Part shown: piece by piece, positions 47,273 to 56,465 of the stretch | How positions within the stretch are numbered: position 1 is the first letter of the stretch | How the letters are laid out: each line of letters begins with the position of its first letter | NCBI GenBank assembly: GCA_028688955.1 | Contig: JAQTXD010000004.1 | Span: 8,249-72,248 of the forward strand | From: Desulfuromonadaceae bacterium | Lineage (GTDB): Bacteria; Desulfobacterota; Desulfuromonadia; Geobacterales; Pseudopelobacteraceae | DNA: 64,000 nucleotides | Direction of reading: 5' to 3' | Made by a program: the position numbers and the translations under genes | Notes under the pieces: generated by a model | What the model was told of the DNA's origin: nothing | The model's database searches: none | The model's input: only the letters and a program-made list of their open reading frames with translations

Positions 47273-47773
47273 ATGTCTACACAAGCGCTCGTGAAAGTCG
47301 ACACCGGCACGCAGCATGACGAACTGATCCAATTGGTCAGTTTTATGCTGGCTGATGAAGAGTATGGTGTTGAAGTACTCAAAGTCCGCGAAATTATCCG
47401 CATGCCGACCATTACCAAGATGCCTAACGTACCGCAACATGTTGAGGGGATCATAAATTTGCGTGGCAAGGTCATCCCTATCATTTCCATGCGCAGGCGC
47501 TTCAACCTGATGGAGAGTGAAAACAGCAGCCAGACGCGTATCATTATCATGGACGTCATCGGTAATCTGACCGGATTCATTGTGGATGCCGTCTCTGAAG
47601 TCATCCGGATCCACAGCAGCGAGATTCAGCCACCCCCTTCGATGGCGCTTTCCGGGGGCATCGGGCAGGAATTTATCACCGGCGTATTCAACCACGCTGA
47701 TCGCCTGCTGATCATTATGGATATTGACCGTATGTTTTCAGAGGAGGAGCGGACGGTTTTTGGTGAGTTTTGA
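47273..47773 (+). CDS. cheW: CheW coupling protein
   Basis: 166 aa. LVSFMLADEEYGVEVLKVREIIRM...INLRGKVIPII is typical CheW. Confidence 0.9.
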   Translation: MSTQALVKVDTGTQHDELIQLVSFMLADEEYGVEVLKVREIIRMPTITKMPNVPQHVEGIINLRGKVIPIISMRRRFNLMESENSSQTRIIIMDVIGNLTGFIVDAVSEVIRIHSSEIQPPPSMALSGGIGQEFITGVFNHADRLLIIMDIDRMFSEEERTVFGEF

Positions 47774-47842
47774 CGTAGTTCCGCTGAAGACAGGGATTGG
47801 CATCTGATAATATCGATCAAACGGGTTCCTCATGGGGTATGT

Positions 47843-48177
47843 ATGGGAAAGGTTGTCATTGAAAATCTTGAAGCCGGCATGGTACTGGCCGGTGATGTTA
47901 TCGATCGGTCCGGGCGGATGCTGCTGGGAGCCGGTGCAGAACTGAATCAAAAGCATCTGATATCTTTCGCACGTGGGGTGTGCCGGAGGCTGACATTGTC
48001 GGCCACGGAAGTGATGATGTCGCAGACCAGATACCGGCGGACATCGACCTGTCTGCCCTGTCCAAAGCTGAAGAGGAGCTGGCCCACCTGTTCCGTCACA
48101 CGAACCGCCTTCACCCTGCCATAATAGAGATTATGCGGCTTGCCGCCATCAGGAAGGTTCAGCATGTCACGGTCTGA
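47843..48177 (+). pseudogene. Small conserved-looking gene split by an apparent -1 frameshift near 47966-47970
   Basis: The frame starting at 47843 reads MGKVVIENLEAGMVLAGDVIDRSGRMLLGAGAELNQKHLISF and then degenerates into an R/C/S/T-rich tail. The -1 frame is open from 47896 and continues protein-like as (F)RTWGVPEADIVGHGSDDVADQIPADIDLSALSKAEEELAHLFRHTNRLHPAIIEIMRLAAIRKV, up to 48177. Confidence 0.5.
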
Positions 48178-49039
48178 CCGCCTCGCCGTCTCTCTTGCCC
48201 GACTAGTTGAAGAGACCAGCACCGTCTATTCTCTCCCCCTGTTTTATGAGCGCCTGAATGAGGTGATCAATCATCCCCGCAGTTCCATTGACGATATTTC
48301 AAAAGTTATCACCGAAGACCAGGGACTTGCTGCACGTTTGCTACGACTGGCCAACAGCCCCATGTTCGGGTGCTACGCACAGGTGGAATCAATAACGAAA
48401 GCTGCCACTATCATCGGTATCCAGCAATTGCGGGATCTGGCACTGGGAGTTTCCGTTATGGGGGTATTCAAGGGGATCCCGAAAGACCTGCTGAATATGA
48501 CCGCGTTCTGGCGTCACAGTATTGCCTGCGGTACTGTTGCCCGCTGTCTTGCCGTGTATCGGCGCGAGTCCAATGTCGAACGGCTCTTTGTTGCAGGTAT
48601 GCTCCATGATATGGGCCAGGTTGTTCTGGCTGCTGCCCTGCCGGAGGCGAGCCGCGCTATTCTGGACGAGCAGTGTGAAACCGGCGGGCTCTATCTGGAA
48701 CTGGAACGGCGACATCTGGGCTTTGACCATGCCGAGTTGGGCGGGGCAGTGCTGAAAAAATGGAAAATTCCGGCGAGTATTGCCGAGCCGGTTGCCTGTC
48801 ATCACAACCCGGGCTCAGCCGAACAGTTCCGGACTGAAACAGCTCTGGTTCATGTTGCCGATATCATATGTCATGCAATGGAGCTGGGGCAGGGCGCAGA
48901 GTGGGTTGTTCCACCGCTCGACGAGCCTGCCTGGGATCGGCTGGGATTGTCACCACACTTGCTGTCTGCAGTCATAAAACAGTCGGAATCACAACTGGAG
49001 GGGGCATTTTCAATCCTCTCGGGAGGATCAGATGACTGA
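48164..49039 (+). CDS. HDOD-domain signalling protein
   Basis: Start chosen at ATG 48164 behind AGGAAGG (the track start is 48140). The HDOD pattern is LPLFYERLNEVINHPRSSIDDISKVITEDQGLAARLLRLANSPMFG...AGMLHDMGQVVL. Confidence 0.8.
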   Translation: MSRSDRLAVSLARLVEETSTVYSLPLFYERLNEVINHPRSSIDDISKVITEDQGLAARLLRLANSPMFGCYAQVESITKAATIIGIQQLRDLALGVSVMGVFKGIPKDLLNMTAFWRHSIACGTVARCLAVYRRESNVERLFVAGMLHDMGQVVLAAALPEASRAILDEQCETGGLYLELERRHLGFDHAELGGAVLKKWKIPASIAEPVACHHNPGSAEQFRTETALVHVADIICHAMELGQGAEWVVPPLDEPAWDRLGLSPHLLSAVIKQSESQLEGAFSILSGGSDD

Positions 49040-51224
49040 GCAGAGCGTGACCGGATCAACACAGTATCTGCAGGAAAGGGTCAGCTATCTGGAAGAGGCC
49101 AACCAGCGCTTCCTGTCAATATTAGAAATACTGGCATCCAGCAGTGAGTTTCAGGACGATCTCAGTCGTGCCACAAACGGCAATGGAATTTTTACGGCAA
49201 CAGCAAGCCAGTTGATGAGGCTTTTCCCGTTTCAGTCCGTCGGCTTTCTTGACAGCCAGTCTGACGGCAGCTTCGAACTGGTGGTATCTGCTCCAGCGGA
49301 GGTGCACGACGACCTGCAGACTCTCGTTGAAGCGTGCATGATGGATGGCACGTTTGCCTGGGCGCTTAACCGTAATCAGGCGATCCTGATTCCGATGGAA
49401 ACAGGTGAAACCATGCTGCTGCAAGCGGTGGCTACCCGGTCTCGTGTCAGGGGGATGTGTGCCGCAATGTTGCCGGTAAGTTCAACCACACTGGACGCCG
49501 CCTCTCTCAATGCCCTCTCGATCGTTCTGTATTCGTGCGCCTATGCTCTTGAAAGCACCACACTGTATGGATTGTTGCGCGAGCACACCCAGCATCTCGA
49601 GGAGCGGGTGCAGCTGAGGACGCAGGATCTGGAAGAGGCCCGTCGGCAGGCTGAGTCGGCCAGCCTTGCTAAAAGCGACTTCCTGGCCAACATGAGCCAT
49701 GAAATCCGTACCCCCATGAACGGCATCATGGGAATGACCGAGTTGATGCTTCAGGGGGGGCTTTCGCCCCAGAAGGAAAGACAGTATCTTCGAGCCATCA
49801 AGGATTCTGCCGACAGTCTGATGTTGATAATTAATGATATTTTGGACTTTTCAAAAATCGAAGCGGGTAAATTTACGTTGGAGGAAACCCCGTTCAGGCT
49901 CCGGGATGCCCTGGAACGCTGCCTCAGCGGACTCGTGGTGAGAGCTGAAGCGAAGGGGCTCATGATCTCTCTGGACGTTGATGCCGGAGTTCCTGCCTGC
50001 ATGGTGGGGGACCCGGGACGGCTGCGCCAGATACTGACAAACCTGATCGGAAATGCGATAAAATTCTGTCAGCAGGGTCAGATATCTGTCGCCGTGGGGG
50101 TTGAGTTTGCCGTGGAAGACGCGGTTGTGCTGCACATTCGTGTGACGGATACCGGTATCGGCATTGCCGAAGAGGCATGCAGCCGGATATTTGAACAGTT
50201 TGAACAGGCCGACAGTTCCACTACGAGAAAATTCGGAGGAACCGGGCTTGGTCTGGCAATCAGCAAGAAACTGGTGGAACTGATGAATGGCACGATCTGG
50301 GTGGAGAGTAAACTCGGGGTGGGGAGTACATTTCATTTTACCGCCCACCTCCTGGTGGGGAATGAAGATCAGCTACCGGTCGAGAGTGAATCTGCTTCCG
50401 TACCAGTAACGCACGAGCATACTCCGCTCACGATTCTTGTTGCTGATGATGTGGAAATCAACCGCGCCCTGGTGCTGGCCATACTGGAGCCGTATGGCCA
50501 CCGGATTACCTGTGTGGAAAATGGGAGGATGGCACATGATGCGTACATTTCCACGCGCTTTGATGTTGTGCTGATGGATGTGCAGATGCCGGAAACGGAC
50601 GGGCTGCAGGCTGCCCGGGCAATCCGGGAATATGAGCGCGCCACGGGGCGGACGGTTCCTGTGCCGATTATTGCCATGACCGCGTTTGCCGGAAACGAGG
50701 ACCGCCAGATCTGCATCAATGCGGGTATGGATGAATATCTGTCCAAACCGGTTAAACCGGACCAGCTGCTGCATCTGTTGCATAAATTCAGTCATCCTGC
50801 AGAAACCGCCGGAACTGCGGCAGATGAGATCTCTGCGGAAGCGGTGCCGAAAATGCCGTCCGGGCCTGAAGGTGATCTGGGGGAGGCTTTTGATCGGTCC
50901 GAACTGCTGGCTCGTCTGGGTGGTCGACCCGAATTGATTCCCCGTTTTGTCGATCTCTTCTGCAAAGGGGCCGTAACACAGATTGCGGAGCTTACTGCCG
51001 CACTTGCGGCTGAAGATGTTGATGCCGTACGGAAACATGCACATGGCGTCAAGGGAGCGGCCGGAAATATTGCTGCCATGCGGATGCATCATATTGCTGC
51101 GAAGATGGAACAAAAGGCGAAAGAGGGTGATCTTTCGGATGCTGCGCAGCGTTTGGAGCAGCTGCAGTGGGAATTCCGTGCATTCACCGAGGCTGTTACT
51201 GCCTCATCTGGGAATACGGCATGA
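49032..51224 (+). CDS. Hybrid sensor histidine kinase (GAF-like N-terminus, HisKA, HATPase_c, receiver, Hpt)
   Basis: 730 aa. H-box: [18 protein letters not shown]. ATPase: [18 protein letters not shown]. Receiver: ILVADDVE...[11 protein letters not shown]...KP. C-terminal Hpt: [15 protein letters not shown]. Confidence 0.85.
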   Translation: MTEQSVTGSTQYLQERVSYLEEANQRFLSILEILASSSEFQDDLSRATNGNGIFTATASQLMRLFPFQSVGFLDSQSDGSFELVVSAPAEVHDDLQTLVEACMMDGTFAWALNRNQAILIPMETGETMLLQAVATRSRVRGMCAAMLPVSSTTLDAASLNALSIVLYSCAYALESTTLYGLLREHTQHLEERVQLRTQDLEEARRQAESASLAKSDFLANMSHEIRTPMNGIMGMTELMLQGGLSPQKERQYLRAIKDSADSLMLIINDILDFSKIEAGKFTLEETPFRLRDALERCLSGLVVRAEAKGLMISLDVDAGVPACMVGDPGRLRQILTNLIGNAIKFCQQGQISVAVGVEFAVEDAVVLHIRVTDTGIGIAEEACSRIFEQFEQADSSTTRKFGGTGLGLAISKKLVELMNGTIWVESKLGVGSTFHFTAHLLVGNEDQLPVESESASVPVTHEHTPLTILVADDVEINRALVLAILEPYGHRITCVENGRMAHDAYISTRFDVVLMDVQMPETDGLQAARAIREYERATGRTVPVPIIAMTAFAGNEDRQICINAGMDEYLSKPVKPDQLLHLLHKFSHPAETAGTAADEISAEAVPKMPSGPEGDLGEAFDRSELLARLGGRPELIPRFVDLFCKGAVTQIAELTAALAAEDVDAVRKHAHGVKGAAGNIAAMRMHHIAAKMEQKAKEGDLSDAAQRLEQLQWEFRAFTEAVTASSGNTA

Positions 51225-51288
51225 CAGCTATTGACGCATGCGATCTTTGGAATTGCATCATGTAACAGACGTGATCGGAGAAAAAGCC

Positions 51289-52395
51289 ATGTTTGATGAA
51301 GTGACAATACTGACTGTCGACGATGATGACTTCGTTCAGGAAATGCTGGGGGTCATGCTTTCCGAACTCGACTGCAGGATTATCAGGGCGGCTAATGGCC
51401 GGCAGGCTCTGGAATTACTTGAATCTGAGCCGCAGATCGATCTTGTGCTGCTGGACCTGGAAATGCCGGTTATGGATGGCTACGATACGCTAACGCGCGT
51501 CAAGCAGAGCTCCCTGTGGCGGGATATACCGGTTATCGTTGTTACCGGGGAAAAAGAGAACGTGACCCGTACCCTTGCCCTGGGGGCCAATGATTTCATC
51601 TCCAAACCATATAACCCAGAAGAACTGCGACTCCGGGCCATGAATCATGTCCGCAGTAAGAAATTGTCAGATTTGGCAAAAGATATGAGCAGAGTTCTGG
51701 AGGAGGAGGTGGTCAGGAAAACAGCTTCTCTGAACAAAGCTCTTGAACTGTCAAAAAATGCTGAGTATGAGATTTCGCTGCGTCTGGGTCGGGCAGCAGA
51801 ATTCCGGGATCAGGAGACCGGCCTGCATACCCGTCGCATCAGTGAACTTTCCAGGGAACTGGCATTCCTGGCAGGAGTACCTGACGACCAGTGCAACATT
51901 CTGCTTTTCGCATCCCCGTTACATGATGTCGGTAAAATCGGTATTCCGGACAGGATTCTGCTCAAGCCGGGCAAACTTGACGAAACTGAATTTGAAATTA
52001 TGAAAACCCATACCTCCATAGGCGGCACTATACTGTCCGATTCCGAGCGGTATCCCGTTATTGAAGCGGGTGGCATTATTGCCATGCAGCATCACGAAAA
52101 ATGGAATGGCAGCGGGTATCCTTCAGGTCTCAAGGGAGAGGAAATTCATCTCTTCGCCCGTATAGTTTCCATTGTTGATGTTTTTGATGCCCTCTCGTCT
52201 GATCGTCCCTATAAAAAGGCATTTTCGCTTGAGACTACGATTCGGATCATGGAAGAAGGACGCGGTGAGCTTTTTGATCCGAGCCTTCTCACCATTTTTA
52301 TGCGTAACGTCGACGACTTTGTTACCATCAGAGAGAAATTGAGAGATGTGCCTGAAGTGTTGGTGCAGGAGTGTGATAGTGAGAAAAAGGAGTGA
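51289..52395 (+). CDS. Response regulator with HD-GYP output domain (RpfG-like c-di-GMP phosphodiesterase)
   Basis: Start chosen at ATG 51289 behind GGAGAAAAA. Receiver: ILTVDDDD...LLDLEMPVMDG...KP. HD-GYP motifs: HDVGKIGIPD and HHEKWNGSGYP. Confidence 0.85.
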   Translation: MFDEVTILTVDDDDFVQEMLGVMLSELDCRIIRAANGRQALELLESEPQIDLVLLDLEMPVMDGYDTLTRVKQSSLWRDIPVIVVTGEKENVTRTLALGANDFISKPYNPEELRLRAMNHVRSKKLSDLAKDMSRVLEEEVVRKTASLNKALELSKNAEYEISLRLGRAAEFRDQETGLHTRRISELSRELAFLAGVPDDQCNILLFASPLHDVGKIGIPDRILLKPGKLDETEFEIMKTHTSIGGTILSDSERYPVIEAGGIIAMQHHEKWNGSGYPSGLKGEEIHLFARIVSIVDVFDALSSDRPYKKAFSLETTIRIMEEGRGELFDPSLLTIFMRNVDDFVTIREKLRDVPEVLVQECDSEKKE

Positions 52396-52438
52396 TGGGC
52401 TGGATATACAAAACGGCAGAAAATTGACTTCACAAACA

Positions 52439-52474
52439 AAAATAAAGACCGCTCCTCGGAGTGGTCTTTATTTG
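52439..52474. terminator. Bidirectional intrinsic terminator between the HD-GYP regulator and nifEN
   Basis: AAAGACCGCTC pairs with GAGTGGTCTTT (one G-U pair) around a CTCG loop. It is flanked by AAATA on the left and ATTTG on the right. Confidence 0.7.
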
Positions 52475-52526
52475 TTGCCCGGAAGAGTCACCGTCCGGAA
52501 GCGATATAGGTAAACTATGAAGTCCT

Positions 52527-55286
52527 TTAGTTGTGCGCCAGTTTCTGTGCCTCCTTGGCGTTTGCCTGAAACAGGTTGGCGGTTTCGAATACCAGGTTGA
52601 GAGTACCGCGGTAACCGACCCACATTTTCTGGTGGGACCCAAGCCGGTCGAATACCGGCAGTCCGGCCCGCAGGTGTGCGCCGATTTTGAGCTTGCCGGC
52701 TGCCTGGCGACCATTTGAGTTGGCCACAATCATATCGGCGCCAACCGCTGCCACTTCCAGATCCTCTAAATCCCCGACACTGACATTCGCGCTGGGAAGG
52801 TCATGCAGGCCACGGGTGCGGGTAGCAGACAGCGCCGCCTGTATGTCACATCCCATACCGGCGAGGAAGTTGGTCAATGTTTTGAGGTTGTCAGACTCCA
52901 GAGCGAGTGCAACTTTTTTATTACCGAACTGATAGTGGCTATCAACCATGGCGTCCATCAGGCGGCTGCGCCAGCGGCGATGTTTATCCGGGATCGGACA
53001 GCTGCTGATTGCGGCAAGGACCTGCATGAAACGGTCGGTCTCTGCCAGTCCGGTCAGTGAGGTGAAGCCGTAGGCCGGGACAGCGAATTTTTCCTTCAGC
53101 TTGAGAGCCGCCTTGGCCAGTGAATCGCCGATGTACAGCGTTGCGCAGCTGCGCCCGGCTTTTTTGAGGTCAGTAATTGTAATGCCGCCGGTTGACAGCG
53201 GTGAGACAACTTCGTCGATATGGCCGTCCATGGCATTGGAAATATCAGGAATTGTCAGCACTGTCAGCCCGAATGATTCAACCAGCTCTTTGAGTTCTTC
53301 CACATCCGCCGGGGTCAGATGGGCTCCGGGCAGCAGGTTTACCTGCCCCGCTATCGTACTGCCACCTTCCGGCAGACTGGAGACGATCGCCTCCACCGCG
53401 GCGGCGTATCCCTCCTGCATCGAACCGCAGTAATCAGGCGTAGAGGCCCAGATAACCGGGACAGAATCATGTTCCGGATGTTCCTCACGGAACTGCTTGA
53501 TGACGTTGTTGACGTCATCTCCCATTGTTTCCGTCAGTCCGGTTGTCATAACCCCGACCACTTCGGGATGAAACTTTTCTATTACCCGCCCGATCCCCTT
53601 TTTCAGATTTTCCCACCCGCCAAAAATTGCACTGTCCTCGCTCATGGCGGTGGCGTTCAGGGCGATTGATTCCTTGTAATGCCGTGACAATTGCAGTCGG
53701 ATAAAGGTTGAACACCCCTGGGCGCCATGGAGCAGGCCAAGCATGTTGTCGATCCCCAGATATGCCATGGTGGCGCCCAGCGCAGGTGAGTTTTTCTGCG
53801 GGTTGACCGTGGCACACTTCGTCGGCACTTTAACCCGGGAGGCAGATATGTCTTCAGCCAGAAATGTTTCAGCATGACAGGCGCTTGCTGCCAGATCGGC
53901 TGCCAATTCATCATCCTTTTTCTCCCAGGGTGCAGGTTTGTTCAGCACCGGCCAGATCGGATTGTTGACAGTCATATCAAGCTGCCGTGAAAACGTCACC
54001 ATCCCCTCATAGCCGGCATAGGGGTGCGAGCGCCCATGGTTTATGTCCATAAACGGGGTCTTGGTTTTGAGCGCCAGAAACTTCGTCTTGCCGCCGGCCA
54101 CAATCAGGTCGGGCATTTTTGCATGCATAACCGCCAGCAGTCCTGCTGTTGAGGTGTCTTCAATGATGTGGGCATCCTTGTGCATCAACCCCTTCATGCG
54201 GTAGAAATCTTCCAGGGTCGAATTCTGGGTGCCGGCGGCGAGTACTTCCACCCCCAGCTCGCGGAGGGAGTTGACCATCGACCAGGTTTTTACCCCGCCG
54301 GTAAACAGCACTGATGTTTTACCTTCCAGTCTGGCCCGATAGGGAGCAATGGCCGTCCGGCACTTATTCTCTTCTTCCTCGATGAGACGTTCGACCCGGT
54401 CCTGCATGGTCCGCTTTTCCAGACCATTGACAATGTTGTCCAGTTCACGGGCGATATCACGAAGCGCTTTGGCAGTGTCGGTCATGCCGTAGAATGATTC
54501 TTCCAGGTAGGGCATGCCGTAAGTTCTCTGCATCTTTTTGGCAAGATTGGTAAGTGATTTGGAACAGATGATGATGTTAAGTTTGGCCCGGTGGGCGTAG
54601 CGCAGCTCCTCAAATTTGGAATCGCCGCTGAAGCAGGAAAGAACCTGGATTCCCAGTTTGTCAAAAAGCGGCAGCATGCCCCACAAATCTCCGGCAATAT
54701 TGTATTCACCAATGAGGTTAATCGGGTATTCACCCAACGTCGGCGGTTCGGTCGTGCCGATCACGTATTTGAACAGGATCTCGCCGGCAAGACGATTGCC
54801 GATATTCTTGTCGCCGATAAAGCCGGGCGTGTTGACCGGAATAATCGGGATGGCAACTTTGTCCTGGGCAGCCGCACAAACAGACTCCACATCGTCACCG
54901 GTCATGGCGGTAACGCAGGTAGCATAGACGAAGATGGCTCGTGCCTGAACCTTGTACCGTTCAGCCAGGTCGAGGATCGCCTTGTAAAGTTTCTTCTCAC
55001 CGCCGAAAATAACATCATTTTCAAGCATTTCGGTTGTAAAGCCGCGGCGGTAGAGCTGGGCGTCCGAGGAGCGCGCACCCCGGTTGTCCCAGGAGTTGCC
55101 GGCACAGCCGATCGGGCCGTGCACCAGATGGATGGCGTCGGTGATCGGCATCAGTACGACCCGTGCACCATCATAGGCGCAGGAACGTTCGGTGCCTTCT
55201 CCCGGTTCAGATTTTTTGCAGAATTTGGGTGCACCCTTGTCGTTAGTTTCGCAATCGGTTACATCGTAATAGTCGGGTTTAGCCAT
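52527..55286 (-). CDS. nifEN: Fused NifE-NifN nitrogenase FeMo-cofactor assembly scaffold
   Basis: 919 aa. The N-terminal half is NifE-like (CAYDGARVVLMPITDAIHLVHGPIGCAGNSWDNRG). The C-terminal half is NifN-like (NPQKNSPALGATMAYLGIDNMLGLLHGAQGCSTF). It is a single uninterrupted frame with a GGAGA RBS. Confidence 0.9.
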   Translation of the reverse strand: MAKPDYYDVTDCETNDKGAPKFCKKSEPGEGTERSCAYDGARVVLMPITDAIHLVHGPIGCAGNSWDNRGARSSDAQLYRRGFTTEMLENDVIFGGEKKLYKAILDLAERYKVQARAIFVYATCVTAMTGDDVESVCAAAQDKVAIPIIPVNTPGFIGDKNIGNRLAGEILFKYVIGTTEPPTLGEYPINLIGEYNIAGDLWGMLPLFDKLGIQVLSCFSGDSKFEELRYAHRAKLNIIICSKSLTNLAKKMQRTYGMPYLEESFYGMTDTAKALRDIARELDNIVNGLEKRTMQDRVERLIEEEENKCRTAIAPYRARLEGKTSVLFTGGVKTWSMVNSLRELGVEVLAAGTQNSTLEDFYRMKGLMHKDAHIIEDTSTAGLLAVMHAKMPDLIVAGGKTKFLALKTKTPFMDINHGRSHPYAGYEGMVTFSRQLDMTVNNPIWPVLNKPAPWEKKDDELAADLAASACHAETFLAEDISASRVKVPTKCATVNPQKNSPALGATMAYLGIDNMLGLLHGAQGCSTFIRLQLSRHYKESIALNATAMSEDSAIFGGWENLKKGIGRVIEKFHPEVVGVMTTGLTETMGDDVNNVIKQFREEHPEHDSVPVIWASTPDYCGSMQEGYAAAVEAIVSSLPEGGSTIAGQVNLLPGAHLTPADVEELKELVESFGLTVLTIPDISNAMDGHIDEVVSPLSTGGITITDLKKAGRSCATLYIGDSLAKAALKLKEKFAVPAYGFTSLTGLAETDRFMQVLAAISSCPIPDKHRRWRSRLMDAMVDSHYQFGNKKVALALESDNLKTLTNFLAGMGCDIQAALSATRTRGLHDLPSANVSVGDLEDLEVAAVGADMIVANSNGRQAAGKLKIGAHLRAGLPVFDRLGSHQKMWVGYRGTLNLVFETANLFQANAKEAQKLAHN

Positions 55287-55403
55287 AATTAGTCTCCAGG
55301 TCAGCCAGATACGTAAAACAGATCAGCACGTCAGTGGTACGTGAACGTGAATAGCGTCATTGCCGTAGATAGCGGTATATTGGTCCGGCGGTTACATTCT
55401 TTT

Positions 55404-55419
55404 AGCACGTGCCATGCCA
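55404..55419 (-). promoter_or_regulatory. Candidate sigma-54 promoter of nifEN
   Basis: The minus strand reads TGGCAT-GGCAC-GTGCT with correct GG/GC spacing, about 118 nt upstream of the nifEN ATG. Confidence 0.55.
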
Positions 55420-55619
55420 ACGGGGGAAAAAGCTGTAACCTCGCTGAACACAGGCAGATTTGTGTCTGGTTACAGAGGTGGGGAGAGATGTGTGCTTGTT
55501 TTTTATGCAGATGTGACGCTGTGATTAAAAGAAAGGAGAAACCTGCTTGCATACCCGCGTAATTTAGAGTAGATTCTGGCAGATTTTTCATATATTCCAA
55601 AATATTAAGGTATTATCAC

Positions 55620-56465
55620 GTGAAAAAATATTCTGTACGTGCATATTGTCTGGTTGTTATGACCGCTCTGCTGCTGAACATGCCCTGTGTCGGCCTGGCC
55701 GCTGAAACCATACGCATCAATGGATCCGGCAGTGCCCTTGATATGATGAAGCCGATAATTGCGGCTTTTCAGAATACCAACAAAAACATCACGATTGTAA
55801 TGGAAAAACCTCTCGGCAGCTCCGGTGCACTTAAAGCATTGCTGGCCGGAGCTCTGGATGTTGTGTTGAGCAGCAAGCAGCTGAAACCGGAAGATGTTGC
55901 CAGGGGAGCCCGCCTGGAGGTATATGGCAAGACTCCACTGGTTTTGATTGCAGAAAAAAATGTCCGCATAACGAACATCACTTCCAGGGAACTCGAAAAT
56001 ATATATACCGGGAAAACAACAAAATGGCCAAACGGCGAAGTCATCCGCCTGGTCCTGCGTCCACAGGAGGATATTGACAGTAAAATAATCGCCTCTCTTT
56101 CCCCGGGAATGGCACAGGCCATGACTACGGTCAGGTCCCGTCCCGGCATGATCGTGGCGGTTACCGACCCGGAGGCGTTTTCCGCCGTCTCGAAAACTCC
56201 CGGAGGGCTTGGGGCAACCGGAATGACCAGCATCATTGTCGAAAAAATTCCGGTTACCTCATTTTCGTTGAATGGTGTAACTGCAAATCCCCGGACTCTC
56301 GCCGACGGTACCTACCAGCTTTCGAAAGAAATCAGCATTGTGACCACCGCAAAAACACCCGCTGCTGCCAATAGACTGATACACTTCATGCACTCAGCGC
56401 AAGGGCGGGCTATTGCCGCCAGGAACGGCGTTCTCGTGACTTCCGGAGCAGCGGCTCTTAAATGA
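55620..56465 (+). CDS. PstS-like (PBP_like_2) periplasmic anion-binding protein
   Basis: 281 aa with a GTG start and a signal peptide. IRINGSGSALDMMKPI...GSSGALKALLAGALDV is typical of phosphate-binding-protein-like domains. Confidence 0.7.
   Translation: MKKYSVRAYCLVVMTALLLNMPCVGLAAETIRINGSGSALDMMKPIIAAFQNTNKNITIVMEKPLGSSGALKALLAGALDVVLSSKQLKPEDVARGARLEVYGKTPLVLIAEKNVRITNITSRELENIYTGKTTKWPNGEVIRLVLRPQEDIDSKIIASLSPGMAQAMTTVRSRPGMIVAVTDPEAFSAVSKTPGGLGATGMTSIIVEKIPVTSFSLNGVTANPRTLADGTYQLSKEISIVTTAKTPAAANRLIHFMHSAQGRAIAARNGVLVTSGAAALK

Noticed and set aside
54591-55292. 233-aa plus-strand ORF, together with many similar long ORFs antisense to large genes. Examples: 59863-60672, 50373-51113, 8926-9741, 16642-17313, 18859-19545, 24987-25655, 28252-28884, 30739-31416 and 1616-2215.
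   Set aside because: Each lies entirely inside, and antisense or out of frame to, a gene with unmistakable family signatures (nifEN, helicase, kinases, ATP-grasp, RND pump, MlaF, rhomboid). Their translations are Arg/Gly/Pro/Ser-rich with no recognisable motifs, as expected for shadow ORFs in GC-rich DNA.
55434-55450. NifA-type upstream activator sequence (TGT-N10-ACA) near the nifEN promoter
   Set aside because: The only candidate, TGTAACCTCGCTGAACA, has an 11-nt spacer and lies only about 15 nt upstream of the -24 element. No exact TGT-N10-ACA was seen upstream of nifB either. No nifA gene is in the window.
55331-55600. 89-aa minus-strand and 73-aa plus-strand ORFs in the nifEN / binding-protein intergenic region
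   Set aside because: They overlap each other and the candidate promoter and leader. They have no RBS, and their translations are low-complexity and Cys/His-rich. They are treated as non-coding regulatory DNA.
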